From: the human T2T-CHM13v2.0 reference genome, Homo sapiens
Assembly: GCF_009914755.1 (NCBI RefSeq)
Contig: NC_060933.1
DNA length: 64,000 nt
Direction: 5' to 3' (one strand)
A model generated the notes under the pieces. That model worked only from the letters and a program-made list of their open reading frames with translations. It did not search any database and was not told the origin of the DNA. Below, piece after piece: positions 1 through 14,800 of the stretch. Made by a program: the position numbers and the translations under genes. Each line of letters begins with the position of its first letter. Position 1 is the stretch's first letter.

Positions 1-780
1 CCGGAAGATTCCATTCCATTGCATTCCATTCCATTCCATTCCCCTGCACTCGCGTTGATTCCATCCCATTCCATTCCATTCCATTCCATTCCATTCCATT
101 CCGTTCCGTTCCGTTCCATTCCTTTCCATTCAATTCCATTCCATTCCCTTCCGTTCCATTCCATTCCATTCCATTCTATTCGGGTTAATTCCATTCCATT
201 CCATTCGATTGCAATCGAGTTGATTCCATTCCATTCCATTCCATTCCATTCCATTCCATTCCATTCCATTCCATTCCTTTCCATTCCTTTACGGATGATT
301 CCATTCCATTGCATTCCATTCCATTCCATTCCCCTGTACTCGGGTTGATTCCATTCCATTTCATTCCAATCCATGCCATTCCACTCGTGTTGATTCCATT
401 CTTTCCATTCCATTCAAGTTGAATCCATTCCATTGCATTCCATTCCATTCGATTCCTTTCGATTGCACGCGGGTTGATTCCATTTCATTGCATTCCATTC
501 CATTCCATTCCATTCCATTCCATTCCATTGCATTCCGTTCCTCTCCATTCCATTGCACTCGGGTTGATTCCATTCCATTGCATTCCATTCCATTCCATTC
601 AATTCCATTCCGTTCCATTCCATTCCATTACATTCGGATTGATTCTATTCAACTCCCTTACTCTCCATTACATTCCATTCCATTCGGGTTGTTCCATTCC
701 ATTCCATTCCATTCCACTCCATTCCATTGCACTCGGGTTGATTCCATTCCATTCCATTCCATTCCATTCCATTCCATTCC

Positions 781-795
781 ATTCCGGAAGATTCC
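781..795. promoter_or_regulatory. Perfect three-unit heat shock element motif (representative of ~50 copies)
   Basis: ATTCCGGAAGATTCC parses as a-TTC-cg-GAA-ga-TTC-c, an exact nTTCnnGAAnnTTCn match. The motif match is certain; occupancy is inferred. Confidence 0.6.
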
Positions 796-1616
796 ATTCC
801 ATTGCATTCCATTCCATTCCATTCCCCTGCACTCGCGTTGATTCCATTCCATTCCATTCCATTCCATTCCATTCCATTCCATTCCGTTCTGTTCCGTTCC
901 GTTCCATTCCATTTCATTCCATTCCGTTCTGTTCCATTCCATTCCATTCCATTCTATTCGGGTTAATTCCATTCCATTCCATTCCATTGCAATCGAGTTG
1001 ATTCCATTCCATTCCATTCCATTCCATTCCTTTCCATTCCATTACGGATGATTCCATTCCATTGCATTCCATTCCATTCCATTCCCCTGTACTCGGGTTG
1101 ATTCCATTCCATTCCATTCCAATCCATGCCATTCCACTCGTGTTGATTCCATTCTTTCCATTTCATTCAAGTTGAATCCATTCCATTGCATTCCATTCCA
1201 TTCGATTCCATTCGATTGCACTTGGGTTGATTCCATTCCATTGCATTCCATTCCATTCCATTCCATCCCATTCCATTCCGTTCCATTCCATTCCATTACA
1301 TTCGGATTGATTCTATTCAATTCCCTTACACTCCATTACATTCCATTCCATTCGGGTAGTTTCCATTCCATTCCATTCCATTCCTCTCCATTCCATTGCA
1401 CTCGGGTTGATTCCATTCCATTGCATTCCATTCCATTCAATTCCATTCCGTTCCATTCCATTCCATTACATTCGGATTGATTCTATTCAACTCCCTTACA
1501 CTCCATTCCATTCCATTCCATTCGGGTTGTTCCATTCCATTCCATTCCATTCCACTCCATTCCATTGCACTCGGGTTCATTCCATTCCATTCCATTCCAT
1601 TCCATTCCATTCCATT
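784..1616 (+). repeat. One representative copy of the ~0.83 kb core cycle of variant words
   Basis: CCGGAAGA recurs at 784 and 1617 (833 bp) and at 3300 and 4123 (823 bp) with the same ordered words between: CCCCTGCACTCGCG, TCTATTCGGGTTAA, GCAATCGAG, TACGGATG, CCCCTGTAC, CCAATCCATGCC, TTCAAGTTGAA, CGGATTG..CCCTTAC twice. Confidence 0.8.
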
Positions 1617-4600
1617 CCGGAAGATTCCATTCCATTGCATTCCATTCCATTCCATTCCCCTGCACTCGCGTTGATTCCATTCCATTCCATTCTATTCCAT
1701 TCCATTCCCTTCCTTTCCGTTCCATTCCATTCCATTCCATTCCGTTCCGTTCCGTTCCGTTCCATTCCATTCCATTCCATTCTATTCGGGTTAATTCCAT
1801 TCCATTCCATTCGATTGCAATCGAGTTGATTCCATTCCATTCCATTCCATTCCATTCCATTCCATTCCATTCCTTTCCATTCCATTACGGATGATTCCAT
1901 TCCATTGCATTCCATTCCATTCCATTCCCCTGTACTCGGGTTGATTACATTCCATTCCATTCCAATCCATGCCATTCCACTCGTGTTGATTCCATTCTTT
2001 CCATTCCATTCAAGTTGAATCCATTCCGTTGCAATCCATTCCATTCGATTCCATTCGATTGCACTCGGGTTGATTCCATTCCATTGCATTCCATTCCATT
2101 CCATTCCATTCCGTTCCATTCCATTTCATTACATTCAGATTGATTCTGTTCAATTCCCTTACACTCCATTATATTCCAATCCATTCTTGTTGTCTCCATT
2201 CCATTCCATTCCATTTCACTCCATTCCATTGCACTCTGGTTGATTCCATTCCATTCAATTCCATTGCATTCCATTCCATTCCATTCCGGATGATTCCATT
2301 CCATTGCATTCCATTCCATTCCATTCCCCTACACTCGGCTTGATTCCATTCCATTCCACTCCATTCCGTTCCATTCCATTCCATTCCATTGTATTCGGGT
2401 TAATTCCATTCCATTCCATTCCATTCCATTCCATTCCATTCCAATCCATTCCATTACAATCGACTTGATTCCATTCCATTCCATTCCATTCCAGTCCTTT
2501 CCATTCCATTCCACTCGGGTTGATTCCATTCTATTAGTTTCCATTCCATTCCATTCCCTTCCATTCCACTCTGGTTGATTCCATTCCTTTCCATTCCACT
2601 CGAATACATTCCCTCCTATTCCACTCGGAACGATTCCATTCCATTCCATTCCATTCCATTCCATTCCATTTCGTTCCATTCCATTCTATTCCGTATCATT
2701 CCATTCCATTCCATTCCATTCCATTCCATTCCATTCCATTCCATTGTACTCGGGTTGATTCCATTCCATTGCATTCCATTCCATTCCATTCCATTCCATT
2801 CCATTCCATTCCATTCCGTTGCATTCCATTCCATTACATTCGGATTGATTCTATTCAACTCCCTTACTCTCCATTACATTCCATTCCATTAGGGTTGTTC
2901 CATTCCATTCCATTCCATTCCACTCCATTCCATTGCACTCGGTTTGTTTCCATTCCATTCCATTCCATTCCATTCCATTCCGGATGATTCCATTCCATTG
3001 CATTCCGTTCCATTACATTCCCCTGCACTCGCGTTGATTCCATTCCATTCCATTCCATTCCATTCAATTCCATTCCATTACAATTCGTTACATTCCATTC
3101 TATTCCGTACCATTCCATTACATTCCATACCATTCCATTCGATTCCATTCCATTCCGTTCCATTCCGTTCCATTCCATTCCATTCCATTCTATTCGGATT
3201 AATTCCATTCCATTCCATTCCATTCCATTCTATTCCATTCCATTGCAATCGAGTTGAATCCATTGCATTTCATTCCATTCCATTCCATTCCATTCCATTC
3301 CGGAAGATTCCATTCCATTGCATTCCATTCCATTCCATTCCCCTGCACTCGCGTTGATTCCATTCCATTCCATTCCACTCCATTCCATTCCGTTCCGTTC
3401 CTTTCCATTCCATTCCATTCCATTCCATTCCGTTCTCTTCCATTCCATTCCATTCCATTCTATTCGAGTTAATTCCATTCCATTCCATTCGATTGCAATC
3501 GAGTTGATTCCATTCCATTCCATTCCATTCCATTCCATTCCTTTCCATTCCATTACGGATGATTCCATTCCATTGCATTCCATTCCATTCCATTCCTCTG
3601 TACTCGGGTTGAGTCCATTCCATTCCATTCCAATCCATGCCATTCCACTCGTGTTGATTCCATTTTTTCCATTCCATTCAAGTTGAATCCATTCCATTGC
3701 ATTCCATTCCGTTCTATTCCATTCGATTGCACTCGCGTTGATTGCATTCCATTGCATTCCATTCCATTCCATTCCATTCCATTCCATTCCATTCCGTTCC
3801 ATTCCATTCCATTACATTCGGATTGATTCTATTCAATTCCCTTACACTCCATTACATTCCATTCCATTCGGGTAATTTCCATTCCATTCCATTCCATTCC
3901 TCTCCATTCCATTGCACTCGGGTTGATTCCATTCCATTGCATTCCATTCCATTCCATTCAATTCCATTCCGTTCCATTCCATTCCGTTACATTCGGATTG
4001 ATTCTATTCAACTCCCTTACTCTCCATTACATTCCATTCCATTCGGGTTGTTCCATTCCATTCCATTCCATTCCACTCCATTCCATTGCACTCGGGTTGA
4101 TTCCATTCCATTCCATTCCATTCCGGAAGATTTCATTCCATTGCATTCCATTCCATTCCATTCCCCTGCACTCGCGTTGATTCCATTCCATTCCATTCTA
4201 TTCCATTCCATTCCCTTCCTTTCCGTTCCATTCCATTCCATTCCATTCCATTCCATTCCATTCCATTCCATTCCGTTCCGTTCCATTCCATTCCATTCCA
4301 TTCTATTCGGGTTAATTCCATTCCATTCCATTCGATTGCAATCGAGTTGATTCCATTCCATTCCATTCCATTTCATTCCATTCCATTCCTTTCCATTCCA
4401 TTACGGATGATTCCATTCCATTGCATTCCATTCTATTCCATTCCCCTGTACTCGGGTTGATTCCATTCCATTCCATTCCAATCCATGCCATTCCACTCGT
4501 GTTGATTCCATTCTTTCCATTCCATTCAAGTTGAATCCATTCCATTGCATTCCATTACATTCGATTCCATTCGATTGCACAGGGGTTGATTCCATTTCAT

Positions 4601-5260
4601 TCCATTCCATTCCATTCCATTCCATTCCATTCCATTCCATTCCGATCCATTCCATTTCATTACATTCAGATTGATTCTATTCAATTCCCTTACACTCCAT
4701 TCTATTCCAACCCATTCTGGTTGTCTCCATTCCATTCCATTCCATTTCACTCCATTCCATTGCACTCTGGTTGATTCCATTCCATTCCATTCCATTGCAT
4801 TCCATTCCATTCCATTCCGGATGATTCCATTCCATTGCATTCCATTCCATTCAATTCCCCTGCACTCGGGTTGATTCCATTCCATTCCACTCCATTCCGA
4901 TCCATTCCATTCCATTCCATTGTATTCGGGTTAATTCCATTCCATTCCATTCCATTCCATTCCATTCCATTCCATTACAATCGAGTTGATTCCATTCCAT
5001 TCCATTCCATTCCAGTCCTTTCCATTCCATTCCACTCGGGTTGATTCCATTCTATTAGTTTCCATTCCATTCCATTCCCTTCCATTACACTCTGGTTGAT
5101 TACATTGCTTTCCATTCCACTCGAATACATTCCCTCCTATTCCACTTGGAACGATTCCATTCCATTCCTTTCCATTCCATTCCATTCCATTCCATTTCGT
5201 TCCATTCCATTCTATTCCGTATCATTCCATTCCATTCCATTCCATTCCATTCCATTCCAT
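784..5260 (+). repeat. Diverged duplication with ~2.52 kb period (~784-2740 vs ~3300-5260)
   Basis: Consistent offsets between homologous ORF-track entries: 1407/3923 (2516), 1791/4312 (2521), 2140/4671 (2531), 2575/5096 (2521). Confidence 0.75.
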
Positions 5261-8200
5261 TCCATTGCATTCCATTCCATTCCATTCCGGATGATTCCAT
5301 TCCATTGCATTCCATTCCATTCCATTCCCCTGCACTCGGGTTGATTCCATTCCATTCCATTCCATTACATTCCGTTCCATTCCATTCCATTCCATTCGGA
5401 TTGATTCTATTCAATTGCCTTACACTCCATTACATTCCATTCCATTCGGGTAGTTTCCATTCCATTCCATTCCATTCCTCTCCATTCCATTGCACTCGGG
5501 TTGATTCCATTCCATTCCATTCCATTCCATTCCATTCCATTCCATTCCATTCCATTCCGTTCCATTGTACTCGGGTTGATTCCATTCCATTGCATTCCAT
5601 TCCATTCCATTCCATTCCATTCCATTCCATTCCATTCCATTCCTTTCCATTCCATTACATTCGGATTGATTCTATTCATCTCCCTTACTCTCCATTATAT
5701 TCCATTCCATTCGGGTTGTTCCATTCCATTCCATTCCATTCCACTCCATTCCATTGCACTCGGGTTGATTCCATTGGATTCCATTCCATTCCATTCCATT
5801 CCATTCCGGATGATTCCATTCCATTGCATTCCGTTCCATTACATTCCCCTGCACTCTGGTTGATTCCATTCCATTCCATTCCATTCCATTCCATTCCATT
5901 CCATTGCAATTCTTTCCATTCCATTCTATTCCGTACCATTCCATTCCATTCCATACAATTCCATTCCATTCCATTCCACTCCGTTCCGTTCCGTTCCGTT
6001 CCGTTCCTTTCCGTTCCATTCCATTCCATTCCATTCTATTCGGTTTAATTCCATTCCATTCCATTCCATTCCATTCTATTCCATTCCATTGCAATCGAGT
6101 TGAATCCATTGCATTCCATTCCATTCCATTCCATTCCATTCCATTCCGGAAGATTCCATTCCATTGCATTCCATTCCATTCCATTCCATTCCATTCCATT
6201 CCATTCCATTCCATTCCATTCCATTCCATTGTACTCGGGTTGATTCCATTCCATTCCGTTCCATTCCATTTCATTACATTCAGATTGATTCTATTCAATT
6301 CCCTTACACTCCATTATATTCCAATCCATTCTGGTTGTCTCCATTCCATTGCATTCCATTTCACTCCATTCCATTGCACTCGGGTTGATTCCATTCCATT
6401 CCATTCCATTCCATTCCATTCCATTGCGGATGATTCCATTCCATTGTATCCCATTCCATTCCATTCCCCTGCACTCGGGTTGATTCCATTCCATTCCATT
6501 CCATTACATTCCGTTCCATTCCATTCCATTCCATTCGGATTGATTCTATTCAATTCCCTTACACTCCATTACATTCTATTCCATTCGGGTAGTTTCCATT
6601 CCATTCCATTCCACTCCATTCCATTCCATTCCATTCCATTCCATTGTACTCGGGTTGATTCCATTACATTGCATTCCATTCCATTCCATTCCATTCCGTT
6701 CCATTCCATTCCATTACATTCGGATTGATTCTTTTCAACTCCCTTACTCTCCATTACATTCCATTAAATTCGGGTTGTTCCATTCCATTCCATTCCATTC
6801 AACTCCATTCCATTGCACTCGGGTTGATTCCATTCCATTCCATTCCATTCCATTCCGGATGATTCCATTCCATTGCATTCCGTTCCATTACATTCCCCTG
6901 CATTCGGGTTGATTCCATTCCATTCCATTCCATTCCATTCGATTCCATTCCATTCCCCTGCACTCGCGTTGATTCCATTCCATTCCATTACATTCCATTC
7001 CATTCCATTCCATTCCATTCCTTTCCATTCCATTCCTTTCCATTCCATTCCATTCCCTTCCATTCCACTCTGGTTGATTCAATTCCTTTCCATTCCACTC
7101 GTATACATTCCCTCCTATTCCACTCGGAACGATTCCATTCCATTCCATTCCATTCCATTCCATTCCATTTCGTTCCATTCCATTCTATTCCGTATCATTC
7201 TATTCCATTCCATTCCATTCCATTCCATTCCATTCCACTCGTGTTGATTCCATTCCTTTCGATTCCATTCGGTTTGAAGGCATTCCATTCCATTCCATTC
7301 CATTCCATTCCATTCCATTCCATTCCTTTCCATTCCATTGTACTCGGGTTGATTCCATTCCATTGCATTCCATTCCATTCCATTCCATTCCATTCCGTTG
7401 CATTCCATTCCATTACATTCGGATTGATTCTATTCAACTCCCTTACTCTCCATTACATTCCATTCCATTCGGGTTGTTCCATTCCATTCCATTCCAATCC
7501 ACTCCATCCCATTGCACTCGGGTTGATTCCATTCCATTCCATTCCATTCCATTCCATTCCATTCCATCCCATTCCGGATGATTCCATTCTATTGCATTCC
7601 GTTCCATTACATTACCCTGCACTCGGGTTGATTCCATTCCATTCCATTCCATTCCATTCCATTCCATTCCATTCCATTCCAATTCTTTCCATTCCATTCT
7701 ATTCCGTACCATTCCATTCCATTCCATAGAATTCCATTCCATACCATTCCACTCCGTTCCGTTCCGTTCCGTTCCGTTCCATTCCATTCCATTCCATTCT
7801 ATTCGATTTAATTCCATTCCATTCCATTCCATTCCATTCTATTCCATTCCATTGCAATCGAGTTGAATCCATTGCATTCGATTCCATTCCATTCCATTCC
7901 ATTCCATTCCAATCCGGAAGATTCCATTCCATTGCATTCCATTCCTTTCCATTCCATTCCATTCCATTCCATTCCATTGTACTCGGGTTGATTCCATTCC
8001 ATTGCATTCCATTCCATTCCATTCCGTTCCATTCCATTCCATTACATTCGGATTGATTCTTTTCAACTCCCTTACTCTCCATTACATTCCATTCCATTCG
8101 GGTTGTTCCATTCCATTCCATTCCATTCCATTCCATTCCATTGCACTCGGGTTGATTCCATTCCATTCCATTCCATTCCATTCCGGATGATTCCATTCCA

Positions 8201-8859
8201 TTGCATTCCGTTCCATTACATTCCCCTGCACTCGGGTTGATTCCATTCCATTCCATTCCATTCCATTCCATTCCATTCCGGATAATTCCATTCCATTGCA
8301 TTCCTTTCCTTTACATTCCCATGCTCTCGCGTTGATTCCATTCCATTCCATTCCATTCCATTCAATTCCATTCCATTAGAATTCGTTCCATTCCATTCTA
8401 TTCCGTACCATTCCATTCGATTCCATACCATTCCATTCCATTCCATTCCATTCCATTCCGTTCCATTCCGTTCCATTCCATTCCATTCCATTCTATTCGG
8501 ATTAATTCCATTACATTCCATTCCATTCCATTCTATTCCATTCCATTGCAATCGAGTTGAATCCATTGCATTTCATTCCATTCCAATCCATTCCATTCCA
8601 TTCCGGAAGATTCCATTCCATAGCATTCCATTCCATTCCATTCCCCTGCACTCGCGTTGATTCCATTCCATTCCATTCCATTCCATTCCGTTCCGTTCCG
8701 TTCCATTCCATTCCATTCCATTGCATTCCATTCCGTTCCGTTCCATTCCATTCCATTCCATTCTATTCGGGTTAATTCCATTCCATTCCATTCGATTGCA
8801 ATCGAGTTGATTCCATTCCATTCCATTCCATTCCATTCCATTCCATTCCTTTCCATTCC

Positions 8860-11800
8860 ATTACATTCCATTCCATTCCGTTCCATTGTACTCGGGTTGA
8901 TTCCATTCCATAGCATTCCATTCCATTCCATTCCATTCCATTCCATTCCATTCCGTTCCATTCCATTACATTCGGATTGATTCTATTCAACTCCCTTACT
9001 CTCCATTACATTCCATTCCATTCGGGTTGTTCCATTCAATTCCATTCCATTCCACTCCATTCCATTGCACTCGGGTTGTTTCCATTCCATTCCATTCCAT
9101 TCCATTCCATTCCATTCCATTCCGGATGATTCCATTCCATTGCATTCCGTTCCATTACATTCCCCTGCACTCGGGTTGATTCCATTCCATTCCATTCCAT
9201 TCCATTCGATTCCATTCCATTCCAATTCTTTCCATTCCATTCTATTCCGTACCATGCCATTCCATTCCATACAATTCCATTCCATTCCCTTCCAGTCCGT
9301 TCCGTTCCGTTCCGTTCTGTTCCGTTCCATTCCATTCCATTCCATTCTATTCGGGTTAATTCCATTCCATTCCATTCGATTGCAATCGAGTTGATTCCAT
9401 TCCATTCCATTCCATTCCATTCCATTCCATTCCTTTCCATTCCATTACGGATGATTCCATTCCATTGCATTCCATTCCATTCCATTCCCCTGTACTCGGG
9501 TTGATTCCATTCCATTCCATTCCAATCCATGCCATTCCACTCGTGTTGATTCCATTCTTTCCATTCCATTCAAGTTGAATCCATTCCATTGCATTCCATT
9601 CCATTCCATTCCCCTGCATTCGGGTTGATTCCATTCCATTCCATTCCATTCCATTCCATTCCGTTCTGTTCCAATCCATTCCATTCCATTCTATTCGGGT
9701 TAATTCCATTCCATTCCATTCCATTCCATTCCATTCCATTCCATTCCATTCCAATCGAGTTGATTCCATTCCATTCCATTCCATTCCATTCCACTCCATT
9801 CCAGTCCTTTCCATTCCATTCCACAGTGGTTGATTCCAATGTATTCCTTTCCATTCCATTCCATTCCATTGCAATCGAGTTGATTCCATTGCTTTGCATT
9901 CCATTCCATTCCATTCCATTCCGGATGATTCCATTCCATTGCATTCCATTCCATTCCATTCCCCTGCACTCGGGTTGATTCCATTCCATTCCACTCCATT
10001 CCTTTCCATTCCATTCCATTCCATTGTGTTCGGGTTAATTCCATTCCATTCCATTCCATTCCATTCCATTCCATTCCATTCCATTACAATCGAGTTGATT
10101 CCATTCCATTCCATTCCATTCCAGTCCTTTCCATTCCATTCCACTCGGGTTGATTCCATTCTATTAGTTTCCATTCCATTCCATTCCCTTCCATTGCACT
10201 CTGGTTGATTCCATTCCTTTCCTTTCCACTCGAATACATTCCCTCCTATTCCACTCGGAACGATTCCATTCCATTCCATTCCATTCCATTCCATTCTATT
10301 CCATTCCATTCCATTTCGTTCCATTCCATTCTATTTCGTATCATTCCATTCCATTCCATTAAATTCCATTCCATTCCATTCCATTCCATTGTACTCGGGT
10401 TGATTCCATTCCATTGCATTCCATTCCATTCCATTCCGTTGCATTCCATTCCATTACATTCGGATTGATTCTATTCAACTCCCTTACTCTCCATTACATT
10501 CCATTCCATTCGGGTTGTTCCATTCCATTCCATTCCATTCCACTCCATTCCATTGCACTCGGGTTGATTCCATTCCATTCCATTCCATTCCATTCCATTC
10601 CATTCCGGATGATTCCATTCCATTGCATTCCGTTCCATTACATTCCCCTGCACTCGCGTTGATTCCATTCCATTCCATTCCATTCCATTCAATTCCATTC
10701 CATTACAATTCGTTCCATTCCATTCTATTCCGTACCATTCCATTCCATTCCATACCATTCCATTCCATTCCATTCCATTCCATTCCGTTCCATTCCGTTC
10801 CATTCCATTCCATTCCATTCTATTCGGATTAATTCCATTCCATTCCATTCCATTCCATTCTATTCCATTCCATTGCAATCGAGTTGAATCCATTGCATTT
10901 CATTCCATTCCATTCCATTCCATTCCATTCAGGAATATTCCATTCCATTGCATTCCATTCCATTCCATTCCCCTGCACTCGCGTTGATTCCATTCCATTC
11001 CATTCCATTCCGTTCCGTTCCGTTCCATTCCATTCCATTCCATTCCATTCCATTCCGTTCCGTTCCGTTCCGTTCCATTCCATTCCATTCCATTCTATTC
11101 GGGTTAATTCCATTCCATTCCATTCGATTGCAATCGAGTTGATTCCATTCCATTCCATTCCATTCCATTCCATTCCATTCCTTTCCATTCCATTACGGAT
11201 GATTCCATTCCATTGCATTCCATTCCATTCCATTCCCCTGTACTCAGGTTGATTCCATTCCATTCCATTCCAATCCATGCCATTCCACTCGTGTTGATTC
11301 CATTCTTTCCATTCCATTCAATTGAATCCATTCCATTGCATTGCATTCCATTCGATTCCATTCGATTGCACTCGGGTTGATTCCATTCCATTCCATTCCA
11401 TTGCATTCCATTCCATTCCGTTCCATTCCATTCCATTACATTCGGATTGATTCCATTCAATTCCCTTACACTCCATTACATTCCATTCCATTCGGGTAGT
11501 TTCCATTCCATTCCATTCCATTCCTCTCCATTCCATTGCACTCGGGTTGATTCCATTCCATTCCATTCCATTCAATTCCATTCCGTTCCATTCCATTCCA
11601 TTCCATTCTATTCGGGTTAATTCCATTCCATTCCATTCCAATCGAGTTGATTCCATTCCATTCCATTCCATTCCATTCCACTCCATTCCAGTCCTTTCCA
11701 TTCCATTCCACTCGGGTTGATTCCAATGTATTCCTTTCCATTCCATTCCATTCTATTGCAATCGAGTTGATTCCATTGCTTTGCATTCCATTCCATTCCA

Positions 11801-14800
11801 TTCCATTCCGGATGATTCCATTCCATCGCATTCCATTCCATTCCATTCCCCTGCACTCGGGTTGATTCCATTCCATTCCACTCCATTCCGTTCGATTCCA
11901 TTCCATTGCATTGTATTCGGGTTAATTCCATTCCATTCCATTCCATTCCATTACAATCGAGTTGATTCCATTCCATTCCATTCCATTCCAGTCCTTTCCA
12001 CTCCATTCCTCTCGTGTTGATTCCATTCTATTAGTTTCCATTCCATTCCATTCCCTTCCATTCCACTCTGGTTGATTCCATTCCTTTCCATTCCACTCGA
12101 ATACATTCCCTCCTATTCCACTCGGAACGATTCCATTCCATTCCATTCCATTCCATTTCGTTCCATTCCATTCTATTCCGTATCATTCCATTCCATTCCA
12201 TTCCATTCCATTCCATTGTACTCGGGTTGATTCAATTCCATTGCATTCCTTTCCATTCCATTCCATTCCGTTGCATTCCATTCCATTACATTCGGATTGA
12301 TTCTATTCAACTCCCTTACACTCCATTCCATTCCAATCCATTCCATTCCGGATGATTCCATTCCATTGCATTCCGTTCCATTACATTTCCCTGCACTCGC
12401 ATTGATTCCATTCCATTCCATTCCATTCCATTCCATTCCATTCCATTCCATTACAATTATTTCCATTCCATTCTATTCCGTACCATTCCATTCCATTCCA
12501 TACCATTCCATTCTATTCCATTCCATTCCATTCCGTTCCATTCCGTTCCATTCCATTCCATTCCATTCTATTCGAATTAATTCCATTCCATTCCATTCCA
12601 TTCCATTCTATTCCATTCCATTGCAATCGAGTTGAATCCATTGCATTTCATTCCATTCCATTCCATTCCATTGCATTCCGGAAGATTCCATTCCTTTGCA
12701 TTCCATTCCATTCCATTCCCCTGCACTCGCGTTGATTCCATTCCATTCCATTCCATTCCATTCCATTCCGTTCCGTTCCATTCCATTCCATTCCATTCCA
12801 TTCCATTCCGTTCCGTTCCATTCCATTCCATTCCATTCTATTCGGGTTAATTCCATTCCATTCCATTCGATTGCAATCGAGTTGATTCCATTCCATTCCA
12901 TTCCATTCCATTCCATTCCATTCCATTCCTTTGCATTCCATTACCGATGATTCCATTCCATTGCACTCCATTCCATTCCATTCCCCTGTACTCGGGTTGA
13001 TTCCATTCCATTCCATTCCAATCCATGCCATTCCACTCGTGTTGATTCCATTCTTTCCATTCCATTCAAGTTGAATCCATTCCATTGCATTCCATTCCAT
13101 TCGATTCCATTCGATTGCACTCGGGTTGATTCCATTCCATTGCATTCCATTCCATTCCATTACATTCCATTCCATTCCGTTCCATTCCATTTCATTACAT
13201 TCAGATTGATTCTATTCAATTCCCTTACACTCCATTATATTCCAATCCATTCTGGTTGTCTCCATTCCATTCCATTCCATTTCACTCCATTCCATTGCAC
13301 TCAGGTTGATTCCATTCCATTCCATTCCGTTCCATTCCATTCCATTCCATTCCGGATGATTCCATTCCATTGCATTCCGTTCCATTACATTCCCCTGCAC
13401 TCGGGTTTATTCCATTCCATTCCATTCCATTCCATTCGATTCCATTCCATTCCAATTCTTTCCATTCCATTCTATTCCGTACCATTCCATTCCATTCCAT
13501 ACAATTCCATTCCATTCCATTCCACTCCTTTCCGTTGCGTTCCGTTCTGTTCCGTTCCATTCCATTCCATTCCATTCCATTCCATTCCATTCCATTCCAT
13601 TGCAATCGAGTTGAATCCATTGCATTCCATTCCATTCCATTCCATTCCATTCCATTCCATTCCGGAAGATTCCATTCCATTGCATTCCATTCCATTCCAT
13701 TCCATTCCATTCCATTCCATTCCATTGCACTCGGGTTGATTCCATTCCATTGCATTCCATTCCATTCCATTCCATTACATTCCATTCCGTTCCATTCCAT
13801 TCCATTACATTCGGATTGATTCTTTTCAACTCCCTTACTCTCCATTACATTCCATTCCATTCGGGTTGTTCCATTCCATTCCATTCCATTCCACTCCATT
13901 CCATTGCACTCGGGTTGATTCCATTCCATTCCATTCCATTCCATTCCGGATGATTCCATTCCATTGCATTCCGTTCTATTACATTCCCCTGCACTCGGGT
14001 TGATTCCATTCCATTCCTTTCCATTCCATTCGATTCCATTCCATTCCCCTACACTCGCGTTGATTCCATTCCATTCCATTCCATTCCATTCCATTCCATT
14101 CCATTCCATTCCTTTCCGTTCCATTCCATTCCATTCCGTTCCGTTCCGTTCCGTTCCATTCCTTTGCATTCCATTCTATTCGGGTTAATTCCATTCCATT
14201 CCATTCGATTGCAATCGAGTTGATTCCATTCCATTCCATTCCATTCAATTCCATTCCAGTCCTTTCCATTCCTTTCCATTCCATTACTGATGATTCCATT
14301 CCATTGCATTCCATTCCATTCCATTCCCCTGTACTCGGGTTGATTCCATTCCATTCCATTCCAATCCATGCCATTCCACTCGTGTTGATTCCATTCTTTC
14401 CTTTCCATTCAAGTTGAATCCATTCCATTGCATTCCATTCCATTCGATTCCATTCGATTGCACTCGGATTGATTCCATTCCATTGCATTCCATTCCATTC
14501 CATTACATTCCATTCCGTTCCATTCCATTTCATTACATTCAGATTGATTCTATTCAATTCCCTTACACTCCATTATATTGCAATCCATTCTGGTTGTTTC
14601 CATTCCATTCCATTCCATTTCACTCCATTCCATTGCACTCGGGTTGATTCCATTCCATTCCATTCCACTGCATTCCATTCCATTCCATTCCGGATGATTC
14701 CATTCCATTGCATTCCATTCCATTCCATTCCCCTGCACTCGGGTTGATTCCATTCCATTCCATTACATTACATTCCGTTCCATTCCATTCCATTCCATTC

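Noticed and set aside
784-791. ETS or STAT site in TTCCGGAAGA
   Set aside because: CCGGAAGA lacks the preferred ETS flanks (ACCGGAAGT), and the TTC-GAA spacing is 2 rather than the 3-4 used by STATs; the HSE reading fits exactly.
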